Source of the DNA: Bugula neritina
Taxonomy: Eukaryota; Animalia; Bryozoa
Length of the DNA stretch: 64,000 nt
Assembly (NCBI GenBank): GCA_964035545.1
Contig: OZ037765.1
Location: forward strand, 5,776,698 to 5,840,697
Reading direction: 5' to 3'
The notes below the pieces were generated by a model. The model was not told where the DNA came from and made no database searches. It saw nothing but the letters and a program-made list of their open reading frames with translations. Below, piece by piece: positions 51,030 through 64,000 of the stretch; position 1 is the stretch's first letter; every line of letters begins with the position of its first letter. A program made the translations under genes and the position numbers.

Positions 51030-52045
51030 ACACTCATTTAGTCATTAATCATTATCAACATCATTGACTGAGTGATTAAGTTTAACTTTAACTTTAAGTT
51101 AAACATTTACATTTACATTATCATTATGATAATCATAATCGTTATGATTATTAGTATCACTATCAGTATTACTCTATCAGTAACAGTATGAGTATCACTA
51201 TTACTATTAGTATGGTTATGAAAATGAGATTGAAGATCACTATGACTATGACTATAAGTGTAACTATAAGTTAAAGTATAACTATTGCAATTAGCAACTA
51301 AGTATTAGTATTGCTGTTACTATTAATACTACTTATATATTCTTGCTCTGAATCAGACTGCCACAATCAGTATGATTGAGTATGACTATTAGCATTACAT
51401 TGACATTAGTCTTAAAAATTATCATGTATTATAAAAATATGAGACTTGTATAATTATAATATTACTATATCTTATCATATAGTAATATTATCATCATACA
51501 AGTCTCATATTTTTATAATACCTGATAATTTCTAAGACTAATGCTAATAGTCATACTCAATAATAGTGATTGTGACAGTCTGATTCAGAGTGAGAGTATA
51601 ATAGTAATACTAATAGTAACAGCAATACTATTACTGATTTATTAATGGTAATTGCAATAGTTATACTTTAACTTATAGTTACAGTGTATATGTGTATTAC
51701 TATTATTATTAGTATTGTGATTATCAATACTCACAGTTATTTTTGTACTCTCACTGTAACACTTACTGTTGGTCTTATTATTTTAGTACCACCCACAGAC
51801 AATAGTAATACTATTAGTGTTATTTACAGTTAATTTTATTCTTATTTCCCATTATAATATGCTAATAGTTGTAGTTATATTTTAGTGATGTTGATAAGTT
51901 GTAATTTGAATGGCAAAACAACGTAACCATGGGTCAATAATAATGATGGTTATGATTATTACTATGTTTGCTACTGATAATATTGCTTATTACTACTAGT
52001 ACATATCAATCATCTATGCTCATATTAGTGATACTACTTACTTGC
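51030..52045. repeat. Cryptic 6-bp-periodic tract upstream of the KIF27 start codon
   Basis: attatc attatg ataatc ataatc gttatg attatt agtatc actatc agtatt ... agtatg agtatc actatt actatt agtatg gttatg aaaatg agattg aagatc actatg actatg actata. Confidence 0.85.
51259..51683. repeat. ~425-bp inverted repeat (foldback) with ~210-bp arms and a 6-nt loop
   Basis: Left end tgtaactataagttaaagtataactattgcaatta matches right end taattgcaatagttatactttaacttatagttaca. The centre is attactatat-cttatc-atatagtaat (loop 51471-51476). Confidence 0.92.
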
Positions 52046-53038
52046 ACTGCTGTGTTTCTTTTTACTTAAATGCAAGTTTAATTTTGCCTTTAATTTTGGT
52101 TAGACTAATTGATGAAGTCACAGCCATTCATTTTTATAGGAAAACATTTTTAGAATTGAAGATCGGCTTGTATCAAATAATTCATATTCTTTTTGAATTT
52201 AATATAGTTGCAATCTTAACATAATTCACCAAGATGAAGACTAAGCCCAAAACTGAGCAGATTGCAATGACTACCAAGTCAATTATATTTTCTCAATATT
52301 GCTTGCATATGAAGTTATTGCTTTGTACTTTGCTCTATAACCAGCTGTATGCTTGTTTACAGTCTCTTACTAAGAAGCACATCATGATACAATACAAGTT
52401 GCAAAAATACAAACCTAGCCGAACCTTCTACTGTAACCCAAAAAACTATTTCTGTACATTAAGTTCAATGAAAAGCTAAAGTTTTACATTTTTTATTCAC
52501 TTACTGACTTTGTAAGATATTAATGAAATATTTTTGTTAGTAGGCATTAATTACACTTGCCATAGGTATATTTTGTGTGTGTGAATAATATAAGTATATG
52601 CTCTGTCATTGTGATACTTTTAATATTTAGGAACATTGAATAAAAGTAGTCATAATGTAGTTATGTATTTTCAAAAAGATTCTGACTTCTTGCATTTTAT
52701 ATGTACTAAACAGTAGGTATGGTGTGTGATGAGTAATTAACTGAACAGGTTATTAATCTATATTGATTTCAGCCTCAAAAACATTAAACTAGTAATTAAA
52801 AATGAAACTAGAACCACAAAACATTTTTGCTGCATACTGAGCTTCATTTCATCAAGAATTAAAGTTCTTTGAATTGATGTATTTTAAATCTTATCTGATT
52901 ATTATAGCTCAATAAATTCACAAAAGTCTATTTTGTAAACATTGCTAACTCTAGCAATTGGTTACACCTATGAATTTTGGTTTTTAGGTACAAAGACCAA
53001 GTACTACTGATTAAGTTTTTCTCAAGGTGCTCATCGCA

Positions 53039-56000
53039 ATGGTGGATGACAATGTCAAGGTTGCAGTCCGAGTAAGTAGTAGGAAAAGTGAACTTGACAT
53101 AAAAATTAATCATATTCAGATTTATTAACATTTACGGTTATTAGATTTACTAATAGATGAAAAGCATTATAAATATCTTTGGTAAGTTTTGAAAATACAA
53201 GTTTTTTCTGGTTAGGTGCGGCCATTATTGCCAAAGGAAAAAGTTTCTGGTGAGCAAAAATGCGTCAAAGTGCTCAAAGATTCTAAGCAAGTTCTAGTTG
53301 GAAAAGATCGGTTCTTCACATTTGACTACGTAATCTCCCCCCTTGAGAAGCAGGTATTCATAGGGTGTATTTTCGTCATATCACTGTCTTGGACAAAATA
53401 CAGTACTCTGGTTAAAATTGCTTGTCCAAATCACTTTTATCTATATATTAATTTATGTTAGCTATGATGGTCTAACGTAGTAATATATAAAATTATACTA
53501 TATATGTAATATATTTAAACATTAAATAAAGTAAATACAGTATATGCAGTATATTCTGAATATACTGCATATACTTTATTTGCTGTATATACAGTAAGTA
53601 CTGTATATACAGTTTATATACTGAATATACAGTAAATACAATTTATACTGAATATATATAATTATACTGTATTATATGCAATATTTGTAAACTATATTTT
53701 ATATAATAAATGCATCATATTACATTAAAATATTATTTAGGATGCGGTTTATGAAAAGTGTATAGATGATTTGGTGTCCAGTTGCCTTGAGGGTTTTAAT
53801 GCTACTGTCTTTGCTTATGGGCAGACGGTAAGTGTAAATTTACTATTTATCTTGCTACAAGTGCATTATAAAGAGGGTTTCAACACTATTAACTACTCTA
53901 AGGCTTGCATGAAGTTGCCAAACTCAAAGCTTATCAAGATATGATATCTGTAGCACCTCTTTTTATTGTCTATGATTAAGATAAAATTAAATTATCATGT
54001 TTGTGGACTTTTAAACGTTTAAGCATTATAACATGCTAAACACCATATTACAATTGTTTGTGAAACTTAGTATGTGTGTGGTAGCGTGCACACAAATGCC
54101 TCATAGGTAATTGCTCTGTAGCTTTAAATCAATAAACATGTTTACAAGATTTTCCTTTAAAATAAATCAGTAAAATATACTGGAAACGCATATTGTAATT
54201 CTCACCTGGGAGATGGCCCTATTCAGATCATTTTATGACAATTTTGTTATTTTGCGGCTGACTGAGATATCAGTGAATACGATGATGTCAGCTTCTTTTG
54301 AGCAGCTGATTGTGTGTAGGTGTGTTTTTAGGGGTCCGGAAAGACTTACACCATCGGTGGAACTAGCGCCGCCACACATACCGATGATGAAATGGGAGTT
54401 ATACCTCGATCTCTACAGAAACTTTTCCATTTAATTGAAGTGAGTCATCTAACCGCCAAACAACTCAAATTGTTTAACATTTTGCAATAAAGATTGTGCA
54501 TACAAATTATATATCTCAGTATCAATGCTGTATTTAGATTTGAATAGTTTATGAATTGCGTAGGCCAATACATAATTTATAATGTTTAAGATTTCGGTCT
54601 TTTTGTAGACACAATGAATAATTTTACTGTATTGTACGGAACACATGTTATTTTAAAACAAAATAATATACATAATTTATAAGATTAGTGGTAAGGAATA
54701 TACGATGCAATTTATTTGCAAACACACTTTGATATTTTTATACTCTCATTCTGGTGCACAAAGTTTAAATTTAAATATTTGAGTGTGTGCTGTTGAGATT
54801 AATAACCTCCCACACTGTTAATATTGATTAATTAGTATTCCACGATGCTACTCGTATCTAAATATAGACGCCGCATGCCTTCTTTGTTAAAATAGTTTAT
54901 GAAATATTAATGTTAATTTCCGCTTTTTGCTTCAACATAGGAACTCCCGCTGCTATGTTACAATACAGCAGAGTTCAATAGCTTCATGATTGATGGTTTC
55001 TAAGAAAATTAAAGATTTAAGTGATGAATTTCATAATTGTGCTTAGTCATACAAATATGTGATTAAAAGCCAGTCATTTATTAATAGATGTATTAATTTT
55101 TTTTAATTTTCCATATACAAGTAGATACAAGTAATTATAATTTAGTTGCTTTTTATATGACATATATGAATAGTATAAGTATGTATAGAGTGGCTTTAGA
55201 GATGTTGCTATTTGCTTTATTCTACTATACCTACTCATCTCTTGCACTTTTCCCAAATTACAATAGTGATTAAGACATTGCTAAAAGACACATTGAATTC
55301 CACACTTATTTTCTTGAAATAATTCAAGAAATTGAGCTTGAATTTTTTAACAAAAATTTTAACATGCTTTTTATAATTTACTTGAAATGAAATTCTTGGC
55401 ACATCTTGAAATCTTTATGTACTATAATAATGTAATCCTGTAATGTGATAATTCCATACTTATTGTAATGTAATTTGCTCTCATATTGAAAGCGGAGATC
55501 TAATCTGGACATATTGTTCAAATACAATATCGTTCAAGATATTTTTATTGTATTTCGCTTACTGTTAGGCAGGGAGAAAGGAAGGAGTAGAATTTCAAGT
55601 GTCTGCATCGTACTTAGAGTTGTATTTAGAGGACTTGAGAGATTTACTTGATGTTAGCACCAACAGCAAAGATATAACCATACGGGAAGATGAGCAGGGC
55701 AACACAGGTATACCTGCCAATATTACCTGCCAATATTACCTTTAGTTTACCACCTGTCAATATTACCTTTAGTTTACCACCTGCCACTATTACCTTTAGT
55801 TTACCACCTGCCAATATTGCCTTTAGTTTACCACCTGCCAATATTACCTTTAGTTTACTACCTGCCAATATTACCTGCCAATATTACCTTTAGTTTACCA
55901 CCTGCCAATATTACCTTTAGTTTACCACCTGCCAATATTACATTTAGTTTACCACCTGCCAATATTACCTTTAGTTTACCACCTGCCAATATTACCTTTA

Positions 56001-59000
56001 GTATACTACCTCTAACTTCTTTTTAAGTCTAAGGGAAATTTCTAATTCTGGGAAATAGTAAAATAGATTGAAAAGTATATGAGTTTTGTTTTATGAGTAT
56101 GCGAGGCACTTCATTACTCTGCGGGATATTGCTTTAAGCTTTTAAGCATTTTCATAGAAATCCAATATTTCACATAGAAAAATTAAATTGTAATATACTT
56201 ATATCTTTGATTATAAGTCGAGGGCATTTATCTTGTTCATGTGACATTTATACTGCCGCCCCCCTGGTTAGAATATGTCTTTAGGTGACATCATCAGGTT
56301 TCTGATCATCACGTGTTGCGACACTACTTCATACTTCATTGAGCGTATGCTTCAGATTTCATGTTAGTCTGTAGAGTATAGGCATTGTTATCAGTATTAT
56401 AACATAAGAAAGGGTGACCATGCAATATATTGAGTGATAATGTATTATATGACTTCAGCTAGTGTTTTGTAGCATGGGGTATATTTAGGATAACATAATG
56501 CATTCAGCTCAGTATAGAATATACACATGGGGAAGCCATTGTATGAATATATGTCTAGTAATTGTTGCCTAACGCTTATCAAGTCTTGCAGCTGTATACT
56601 CTCTTTAACTATGGTCAAGGGGAATTTTCTACACACATTGGGGCATGCGTTGAAGTTATATTGAATCATCTATGTTACTCTTGATTCATTATACATTTGG
56701 AATGCATAAGAAGTGCATCAAAACTTTTGATCAATTTGCCCCTGAATGTTTTAAAATTTTGTTTGAATGTGCTTAATGGATGTCTTTTTGTTATAAAAGT
56801 GAAACACCCACAAACATAAATTAAAGGCTGTGCATATGGGCATTTTCTATGAAAACCATGCTCAAATCACCAACTACATATTTCCCTATCAGGCATCATT
56901 ACAAACCTACGCTTTCTTCAATGTTCTAAGCCCAAGCATATTCCTATACCTTGCCGCTATACCTAAACATCTCGTAACAAATAGTTGGTCACTCGCTATA
57001 TCTTATGGGACACTCAATTATCGTGTTTCTATATCGAATAATTAATATCCCATTTTCAATTAGTTTTTATGCACATTTATTAAATGTGTACTGCATTTTG
57101 TCCCACTTAGCGTTCATTGTACATTGGTATTACAATCATATTGCTCCTCCTGGACTCCAGCTTTGTTACGTCTAGACACACAGCAGGAAATGTATTGACT
57201 CGTGACATTAGCTATTGAGTTTTGATGAACGAGTCTTTTCTACTAGCTATTGTCTTGAAATTATATATTTTGTGTAGAAGTAAAACTTTATAATAACGAG
57301 GGTTCTGTTATCAAACAGTAGAATGAGATAATTTTCTATTTTTTGCTTCCCTAAAAACTGAAATATTATAGATGAATTGAAATAATATACTTGAAATATG
57401 AATATATTTTCATAATAAAACACATTATAGTCTGTATATTATGGAGTACAATTTTCTCACATTTATTATCTTTATTTTAGACTTGAAAAGATTTTATAAG
57501 TTTTATTGTTTTATTTTATAAACACCCATCTATACTAGACTTGTTTCAACTGTGAAAAGCCCATACATATAAAAACACTTTGATAGCAAGAAACTGCTGG
57601 AGTTTCTAGTTTAATACATGAACAAGTTGGAGGGGTGGATATATAAACCCTGTTTTATTAACTGATTAACCAGCTGTCTACTACGTGTCATGTATCTTTG
57701 GAAAAGCTGTTCTGCGGTTGCATGAAGCCAAAGATTTGGTTTGCTACCAGGGTATGAACTCAACTATGTCACAGCTTGACACTCCTTAAATTTCCATGTC
57801 GGCATTTACAGTACAGCTGAAAATCTGTCTTCTTAGCTATTACTAAACTAAACCATCTTACGTCCAAGTTGTGTGACATATGTTCATATTGTTCACCAAT
57901 ATAACCCCTAAATCTTTATATTGAGCATTTAGAGTACAGCTGGAAAGTGCACACCACCTCAATTACTATCAACTAAGCAGTTTGTATCATAATTGTGTTA
58001 TATATAGTTCTACCCTCTAGTAATGTGCTACCAGGCAGTATGTTTATAATATGTATATAGATGAGCAATTTAATCAAGGAAAATTTAAGTGACATTGGCT
58101 TGCAGGTTATCAGTGTCCATATTCTACTGTTTGACTGAATGAGATGTTATTCTCTTGCAGTTGTTTCTGGAATGAGGGCTGTACCATGTAAGACCATTGA
58201 TGAGGTTCTGTATTGTCTGCACCATGGATCTGCAGCCAGACAAACAGGTTCTACACAGATGAATGAGCATTCCAGTCGGTCACACTCCGTATTTACAGTA
58301 ACACTCGGTAATACTTACTGTATATACATGTATCTACTTGGTAATACTCACTGTATATACATGTATCTACTTGGTAATACTTACTGTATATACATGTATC
58401 TACTCGGTAATACTTACTGTATATACATGTATCTACTTGGTAATACTTACTGTATATACATGTATCTACTTGGTAATACTTACTGTATATACATGTATCT
58501 ACTTGGTAATACTTACTGTATATACATGTATCTACTTGGTAATACTTACTGTATATACATGTATCTACTTGGTAATACTTACTGTATATACATATATCTA
58601 CTTGGTAATACTTACTGTATATACATGTATCTACTTGGTAATACTTACTGTATATACATGTATCTACTTGGTAATACTTACTGTATATACATGTATCTAC
58701 TTGGTAATACTTACTGTATATACATGTATCTACTTGGTAATACTTACTGTATATACATGTATCTACTTGGTAATACTTACTGTATATACATGTATCTACT
58801 TGGTAATACTTACTGTATATACTACATATATCTACTCGGTAATACTTACTGTATATACATATATCTACTCGGTAATACTTACTGTATATAGATATATCTA
58901 CTCGGTAATACTTACTGTATATACATGTATCTACTTGGTAATACTTACTGTATATACATGTATCTACTCGGTAATACTTACTGTATATACATGTATCTAC

Positions 59001-62000
59001 TTGGTAATACTTACTGTATATACATGTATCTACTTGGTAATACTTACTGTATATACATGTATCTACTTGGTAATACTTACTGTATATACATGTATCTACT
59101 TGGTAATACTTACTGTATATACATGTATCTACTCGGTAATACTTACTGTATATACATGTATCTACTCGGTAATACTTACTGTATATACATGTATCTACTT
59201 GGTAATACTTACTGTATATAGATATATCTACTCGGTAATACTTACTGTATATACATGTATCTACTTGGTAATACTTACTGTATATACTACATATATCTAC
59301 TTGGTAATACATACTGTATATACATGTATCTACTTGGTAATACTTACTGTATATACATGTATCTACTTGGTAATACTTACTGTATATACATGTATCTACT
59401 TGGTAATACTTACTGTATATACATGTATCTACTTGGTAATACTTACTGTATATACATGTATCTACTCGGTAATACTTACTGTATATACATGTATCTACTC
59501 GGTAATACTTACTGTATATACATGTATCTACTTGGTAATACTTACTGTATATACATGTATCTACTCGGTAATACTTACTGTATATACATGTATCTAGCCT
59601 ACTTGATAATACTCACTGTATATACATGTATCTACTTAGTAATACTTACTGTATATACATGTATTTACTTGGTAATACTTACTGTATATACATGTATTTA
59701 CTTGATAATACTTACTGTATATACATGTATCTACTTGGTAATACTTACTGTATATATGTATATCTACTTGGTAATACTTACTGTATATACATGTATCTAC
59801 TTGATAATACTTACTGTATATACATGTATCTAGCCTACTTGGTAATACTTACTGTATATACATGTATCTACTTGGTAATACTTACTGTATATACATGTAT
59901 TTACTTGATAATACTTACTGCATATACATGTATTTACTTGGTAATACTTACTGTATATACATGTATTTACTTGATAGTATTTACAGTGGACTTTGTTTGT
60001 TATAATTTATATCGCAACTGTTTTACAGAGCAACAATGGCGGGCCAACGAAATAGATGATGGTGCTGAAGAAGCTCCAGGTAACTTTGTTCTCTCAACAT
60101 TCTCTACCTGCGCTCAGCATACTCTACCTGCGAGTTTACGGCTTACGCTGATGACTCACATTAGCGTTGTTTTTGAAAACATGTATTATTTAGTTCAAAT
60201 TAATTTTTTTTATTGAGATGATTCTCAACCTGTACACGATTTTATTGTTATTAGTTGTTAGTACACTCAAGTACTTTCCTGTGAGTGTATTACTAAGTAG
60301 CACCCATGTGACTTTGGTTTCAGAGGTAGGAACTCTCAGAGCGTCATTATTGTTCATAGAGGTGTAATAACCATGCTCTAATGATGCCTTTGATATCACT
60401 ATTACGTCAGCGAGATGGTGTCATGTAAAGAAATGTTTTGAATGGAATAATTATTGTTTTGTGATTAAATGATCGATTGGAGTTCAATAAAATTACTGTT
60501 GCTACTCAATTAAGATACATGGTTGTTGATTCTACTATTATCTATAACACATTTCTCTTGACCAGCGATCTATCTCTGTTTTAAGCTAATTTAACGTGAC
60601 GGCTATTAGGGACAAAGCTATTAGTTTTCCTCTAGTTTCAATGTGTACAAGGGTGACATTTTGTGAGATACTTTATTTTCTGACATAGGGACAAGTATTC
60701 TAGTTGAACCAACACATCCCTGGCTGAAAACCAGCATGTTTTAGATACCCGGTGTGAACATGTGACTTTCTGTTGTAGAACAATATCACTATGTGTGTTC
60801 CAAGTTTCATTTTGTTGACCTGGCTGGATCGGAGAGAGCCCACAGAACTGGGAACGTTGGTGACAGGTTCAAAGGTCAGTGAATTATTGCACCAGGGTAG
60901 GTTCTTGGTATGCCATACAAATGTTAAGGTAGTTAGCCTACTATAATACTTGTAGTGAATACTAGGTACCTGGTTCTATAATTCCTACAGGGTTAATTGG
61001 TGGTGATAGGAAGGGCATCCAGTGGCTTTTATGGCTAGCGGCAAAATCTCCCAATAATGAGTTTTTTATCATAATTGTAACCTTGATATTCTATTAGTTG
61101 TTTTCAGAGCTATTTTGAGTCTCAGAAAATTAATCTATAAACTTAAATCATCTATTTTGTGTTAGCCCGCTAGCTTTAGTTTCTAATAAAAGCAGCAAAT
61201 TGAGAAGATATTATTCCAGAAGTTCCTAGCATAGCTGTACTTACATCATACAGATAACAAGTTGAAACATTAACGCTTTTATATAATTTACTACTTTATA
61301 TATGACTATACTGATTTATATTTTGTGAGTCAATGCAAATTTCATTCACATAAAACAAAACAATATTTATTTTTTATATTTGTAAATTGCATTTTTGAAC
61401 TTTTATTACACTGATTTAGGTTTTATGGAAGCTGAATTAGTAATTTATACCTTGGCAGTCACCGGTTTATTTGTCATCATGGTGTAGATATTGTCTTGTT
61501 TTCCACTTGACTTATCAAACAAACAAAACTATAAATTAGGAAAAGGAGATTTTATTGCCAATGACTATTCCACATGACTTTCATCTCTGGGTAGCAAATG
61601 TGCCCCTGTTTCCTTTGGTTATACTCTTATGTAGATGGCCGCAGCTGGTGCTGAGTCAATATTTGGAATGTGCCTCAGCAGTGTTGACTTTATCTCAAAG
61701 TTTAATGTAATTAATGTGATGACAAATATAAAATAATTTGTTTAATGTGAAAATTATATTTATTTTGTGTATTTCATGGAAAGACATTGTCTATTCTGGC
61801 CAAGTTTGTATTTTGGGTGCTCCTAACCAATCGATTATATGTTTATATGCATATATTATTATATATGTTTTATCTGCATATATATGATATATGCTATATA
61901 CACTATATTATAAGCTGCATATATGTCCTTCAAACCGCAGTTTTCTATAATATAACACTCAGTAATAATAGCATTAGATGGAATCAAAGAGTGCATAGCA

Positions 62001-63506
62001 TTAGTTCATCAAATATCTGATATCTATCTGTATAGCTCAGGCTGAAAATAAGGCTATCAACAACTCCATCAAGAGTTTCATGGCGTCCCCTGTGTACAAG
62101 TTGTACTGTAAGCAGGGGAAATTGAAACATTAGATTGATGCTGAGATGTTTATCAGAAAGGAGCTGTGGTTGTCTCAATCGGGTCATGCAATTGACTTGT
62201 GAAGCCTGGACTTATGTAGCAGGGCTCACATGAGCGCTATGTAGACTATACACACATTAAAGCTCATTGAAGACTATATACACATTAGAGCTCATTGTAG
62301 AATATATAAACATTAGAGCTTATTGTAGACTATATACATATTAGAGCTCATATTGTAAACTATATACACATTATAGTCTGTGCTGAAATGAAATTAAAAT
62401 AGAAGCAGTCCCCAAGGGCAGTTTTTGGATGTGGGAAAACTAAATGTGTTTGAATTCACCCTAAATGCTTTTTTTCGAAGAAAAAAATTATCAAGTGCAA
62501 AAATAGTATGTGGTGTAGTCAATTATGTTTGATGAGAAAGTTTGCCAATGGATTACAACATTTCCAATATCAAGTTAACGTAACATTGTATAGGACATCT
62601 CAGTCGGCCATGTTGGGTTTAGAATGTTGTTGTAACATCTATTGTACAATTAGCTAAGTCATTCCTATCAGTTACTTCTATAGGTATCCTAATACTGGCA
62701 GTACTGATTTTCTAATCCCAGTTGGTGTTGCGTTATAGTGTGGGTGAATTTGTTTTGTTTTAGAATCGATCACAATAAACACTGGACTGCTGGCATTGGG
62801 TAATGTAATCAGTGCACTCGGCGATCCCAAGAAGAAGTCGTCTCACATACCTTACCGAGATTCTAAGATCACTCGGCTTCTGAAAGACTCTTTAGGAGGA
62901 AATTCCAAGACTCTGATGATCTGTTGCATTAGCCCCGCTTCTAGTGATTTCGATGAAACCTTAAATGCCCTCAAATATGCTAACAGAGTATGTATTTCTG
63001 CGTTTGCATTTATTTTTGTGATGTAAGGTTTTTTATGAATGGAACTTATGAATGGAAAGCTTGGTGTGGCAAACTCTTGTAGGTCAAAGAATGCACCATG
63101 TTGCTCTGTGTTGGTATCCCATAATGCAATTCCTTTTAATTCAATTTCCTCTCTAGTGAGTTTGCTACAATAAAATAGCTTAAATGCACAGAGTATTTGA
63201 TTATAAACATTAATTTTGCTAATTTTAGGGTCATTGATGTTAATATGCAACTTTTCTCAAGGGATTGAAATTTCAGTATTTTTGTATTTCAAAGGAGCTT
63301 CTAGTTAATTGCCTCTAGGTTTTTATTTTAACTTTATATTTCCCATATAAATTAATTTTTTTATGATGTTTATGTTGAAATTTGTAATCTACATAATACT
63401 TTCTTAGTAAGTGAGATTATTGTAGGCAAGGAACATCAGGAACAAGCCTGTAGTCAATCGCGATATTCAATCTATAAACATGGAGGAAATGCAGAATGAA
63501 ATCCAG
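53039..63506 (+). CDS. KIF27: Kinesin-4 family KIF27/KIF7 (Costal2-related) motor domain, 5' ten exons; gene continues off the right edge
   Basis: Exons 53039-53071, 53216-53353, 53741-53827, 54332-54439, 55569-55707, 58161-58307, 60029-60079, 60779-60874, 62764-62987 and 63426-63506. They encode [15 protein letters not shown]-loop GQTGSGKT, switch I NEHSSRSH, switch [12 protein letters not shown] and [53 protein letters not shown] and ALGDPKKK match KIF27/KIF7 as I recall them. Confidence 0.88.
53539..53575. repeat. Perfect palindrome with 18-bp arms in a low-complexity intron segment
   Basis: agtatatgcagtatattc-t-gaatatactgcatatact. Confidence 0.85.
55712..56002. repeat. 27-bp minisatellite (ACCTGCCAATATTACCTTTAGTTTACC) x~11 starting 4 nt into a KIF27 intron
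   Basis: Starts right after CAG|GTAT at 55707/55708. Confidence 0.95.
58304..59985. repeat. 33-bp minisatellite (GGTAATACTTACTGTATATACATGTATCTACTT) x~50 containing the KIF27 5' splice site
   Basis: The real donor CTCG|GTAATAC (58307/58308) recurs in the units as CTTG|GTAATAC or CTCG|GTAATAC. Confidence 0.97.
60995..61025 (+). mobile_element. SINE family A core fragment
   Basis: ttggtggtgataggaagggcatccagt matches the core of the copy at 16852-16964. Confidence 0.5.
62240..62378. repeat. ~28-bp minisatellite (GTAGACTATATACACATTAGAGCTCATT) x~5
   Basis: Visible degenerate tandem units in a KIF27 intron. Confidence 0.85.
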
Positions 63507-64000
63507 GTGAATTCAAATAGCTTCGAAAATATTTTATTACTTTTTTGTGAGTTGCCATGTTCCAATTTGTAATGTAAATGATGGCATAATTATATTTTTT
63601 TCATAATATTGCTTCCTGGGGACATCAAGAATGTGTCAGTTTAAAACAAAGTAGTTTCTGATAAAAACATTTCCGGAAATGTTGATTAATTATAAACCCA
63701 TTGAGTGTGTGAAACCATATAATACAGAGCTTCCTGAAGGTACATTAGCTTTTTATTGTCTGTAAAATATAATACTTTGTTTGAAACTTAGGAATTTAAA
63801 ATTCTTAAAATATTGTTAAAGCAATATGGTCATTTCCTAGAGTTAGAAGATTTGACGTAAGTTGTTAACAGTTGCCATTGATGATATTGATTAGCCCTTT
63901 GTTTGGTCAGCTCATTCTCAGGATTATTAACTTTTTATCTTATGCCTCTTTTAAAATTTAAAGTTTAATAGCCGTTCAATCACACTAGCTTTTTAATTTA

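Noticed and set aside
58304-59985. CRISPR-like array (also 15116-16277)
   Set aside because: The units are head-to-tail with no unique spacers, there are no cas genes, and the context is a eukaryotic intron.
60140-60185. Hammerhead ribozyme (CTGATGA...GAAA)
   Set aside because: Stem II and stem III do not form around the core; only a simple hairpin (acgctgatg/cattagcgt) is present.
58293-60216. Long ORFs (250-419 aa) on both strands
   Set aside because: They are translations of the 33-bp intronic minisatellite. Only 58161-58307 and 60029-60079 are kinesin exons.

Overview
AT-rich, intron-rich animal genomic DNA (invertebrate; lophotrochozoan-like is only an impression). It is not prokaryotic, and most ORF-track entries are exon fragments, antisense shadows or repeat artefacts. 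Seven protein-coding genes can be assembled from GT-AG exons: Rab GDP-dissociation inhibitor (-, 5' part), a complete ~50-exon laminin alpha-3/5 (LanA-type) gene (-), MGMT/AGT (+, head-to-head with laminin), L-xylulose reductase DCXR with an intronless CDS (+), RPS28 (-, tail-to-tail with DCXR), an orphan ~184-aa secreted precursor-like protein (-), and the motor domain of a KIF27/KIF7 kinesin (+, runs off the window). The most unusual signals are non-coding. (1) Degenerate, drifting 6-bp-periodic tracts occur just downstream of the 5' end of GDI, MGMT, RPS28 and KIF27, and I did not see them in the ~49 laminin introns. (2) Several minisatellites are amplified copies of splice junctions; two of them create ~50 decoy acceptors or donors. 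(3) There is a ~425-bp foldback inside one periodic tract. (4) A ~250-nt region of concentric helices lies upstream of DCXR. All of this was read by eye; no searches or folding programs were run.
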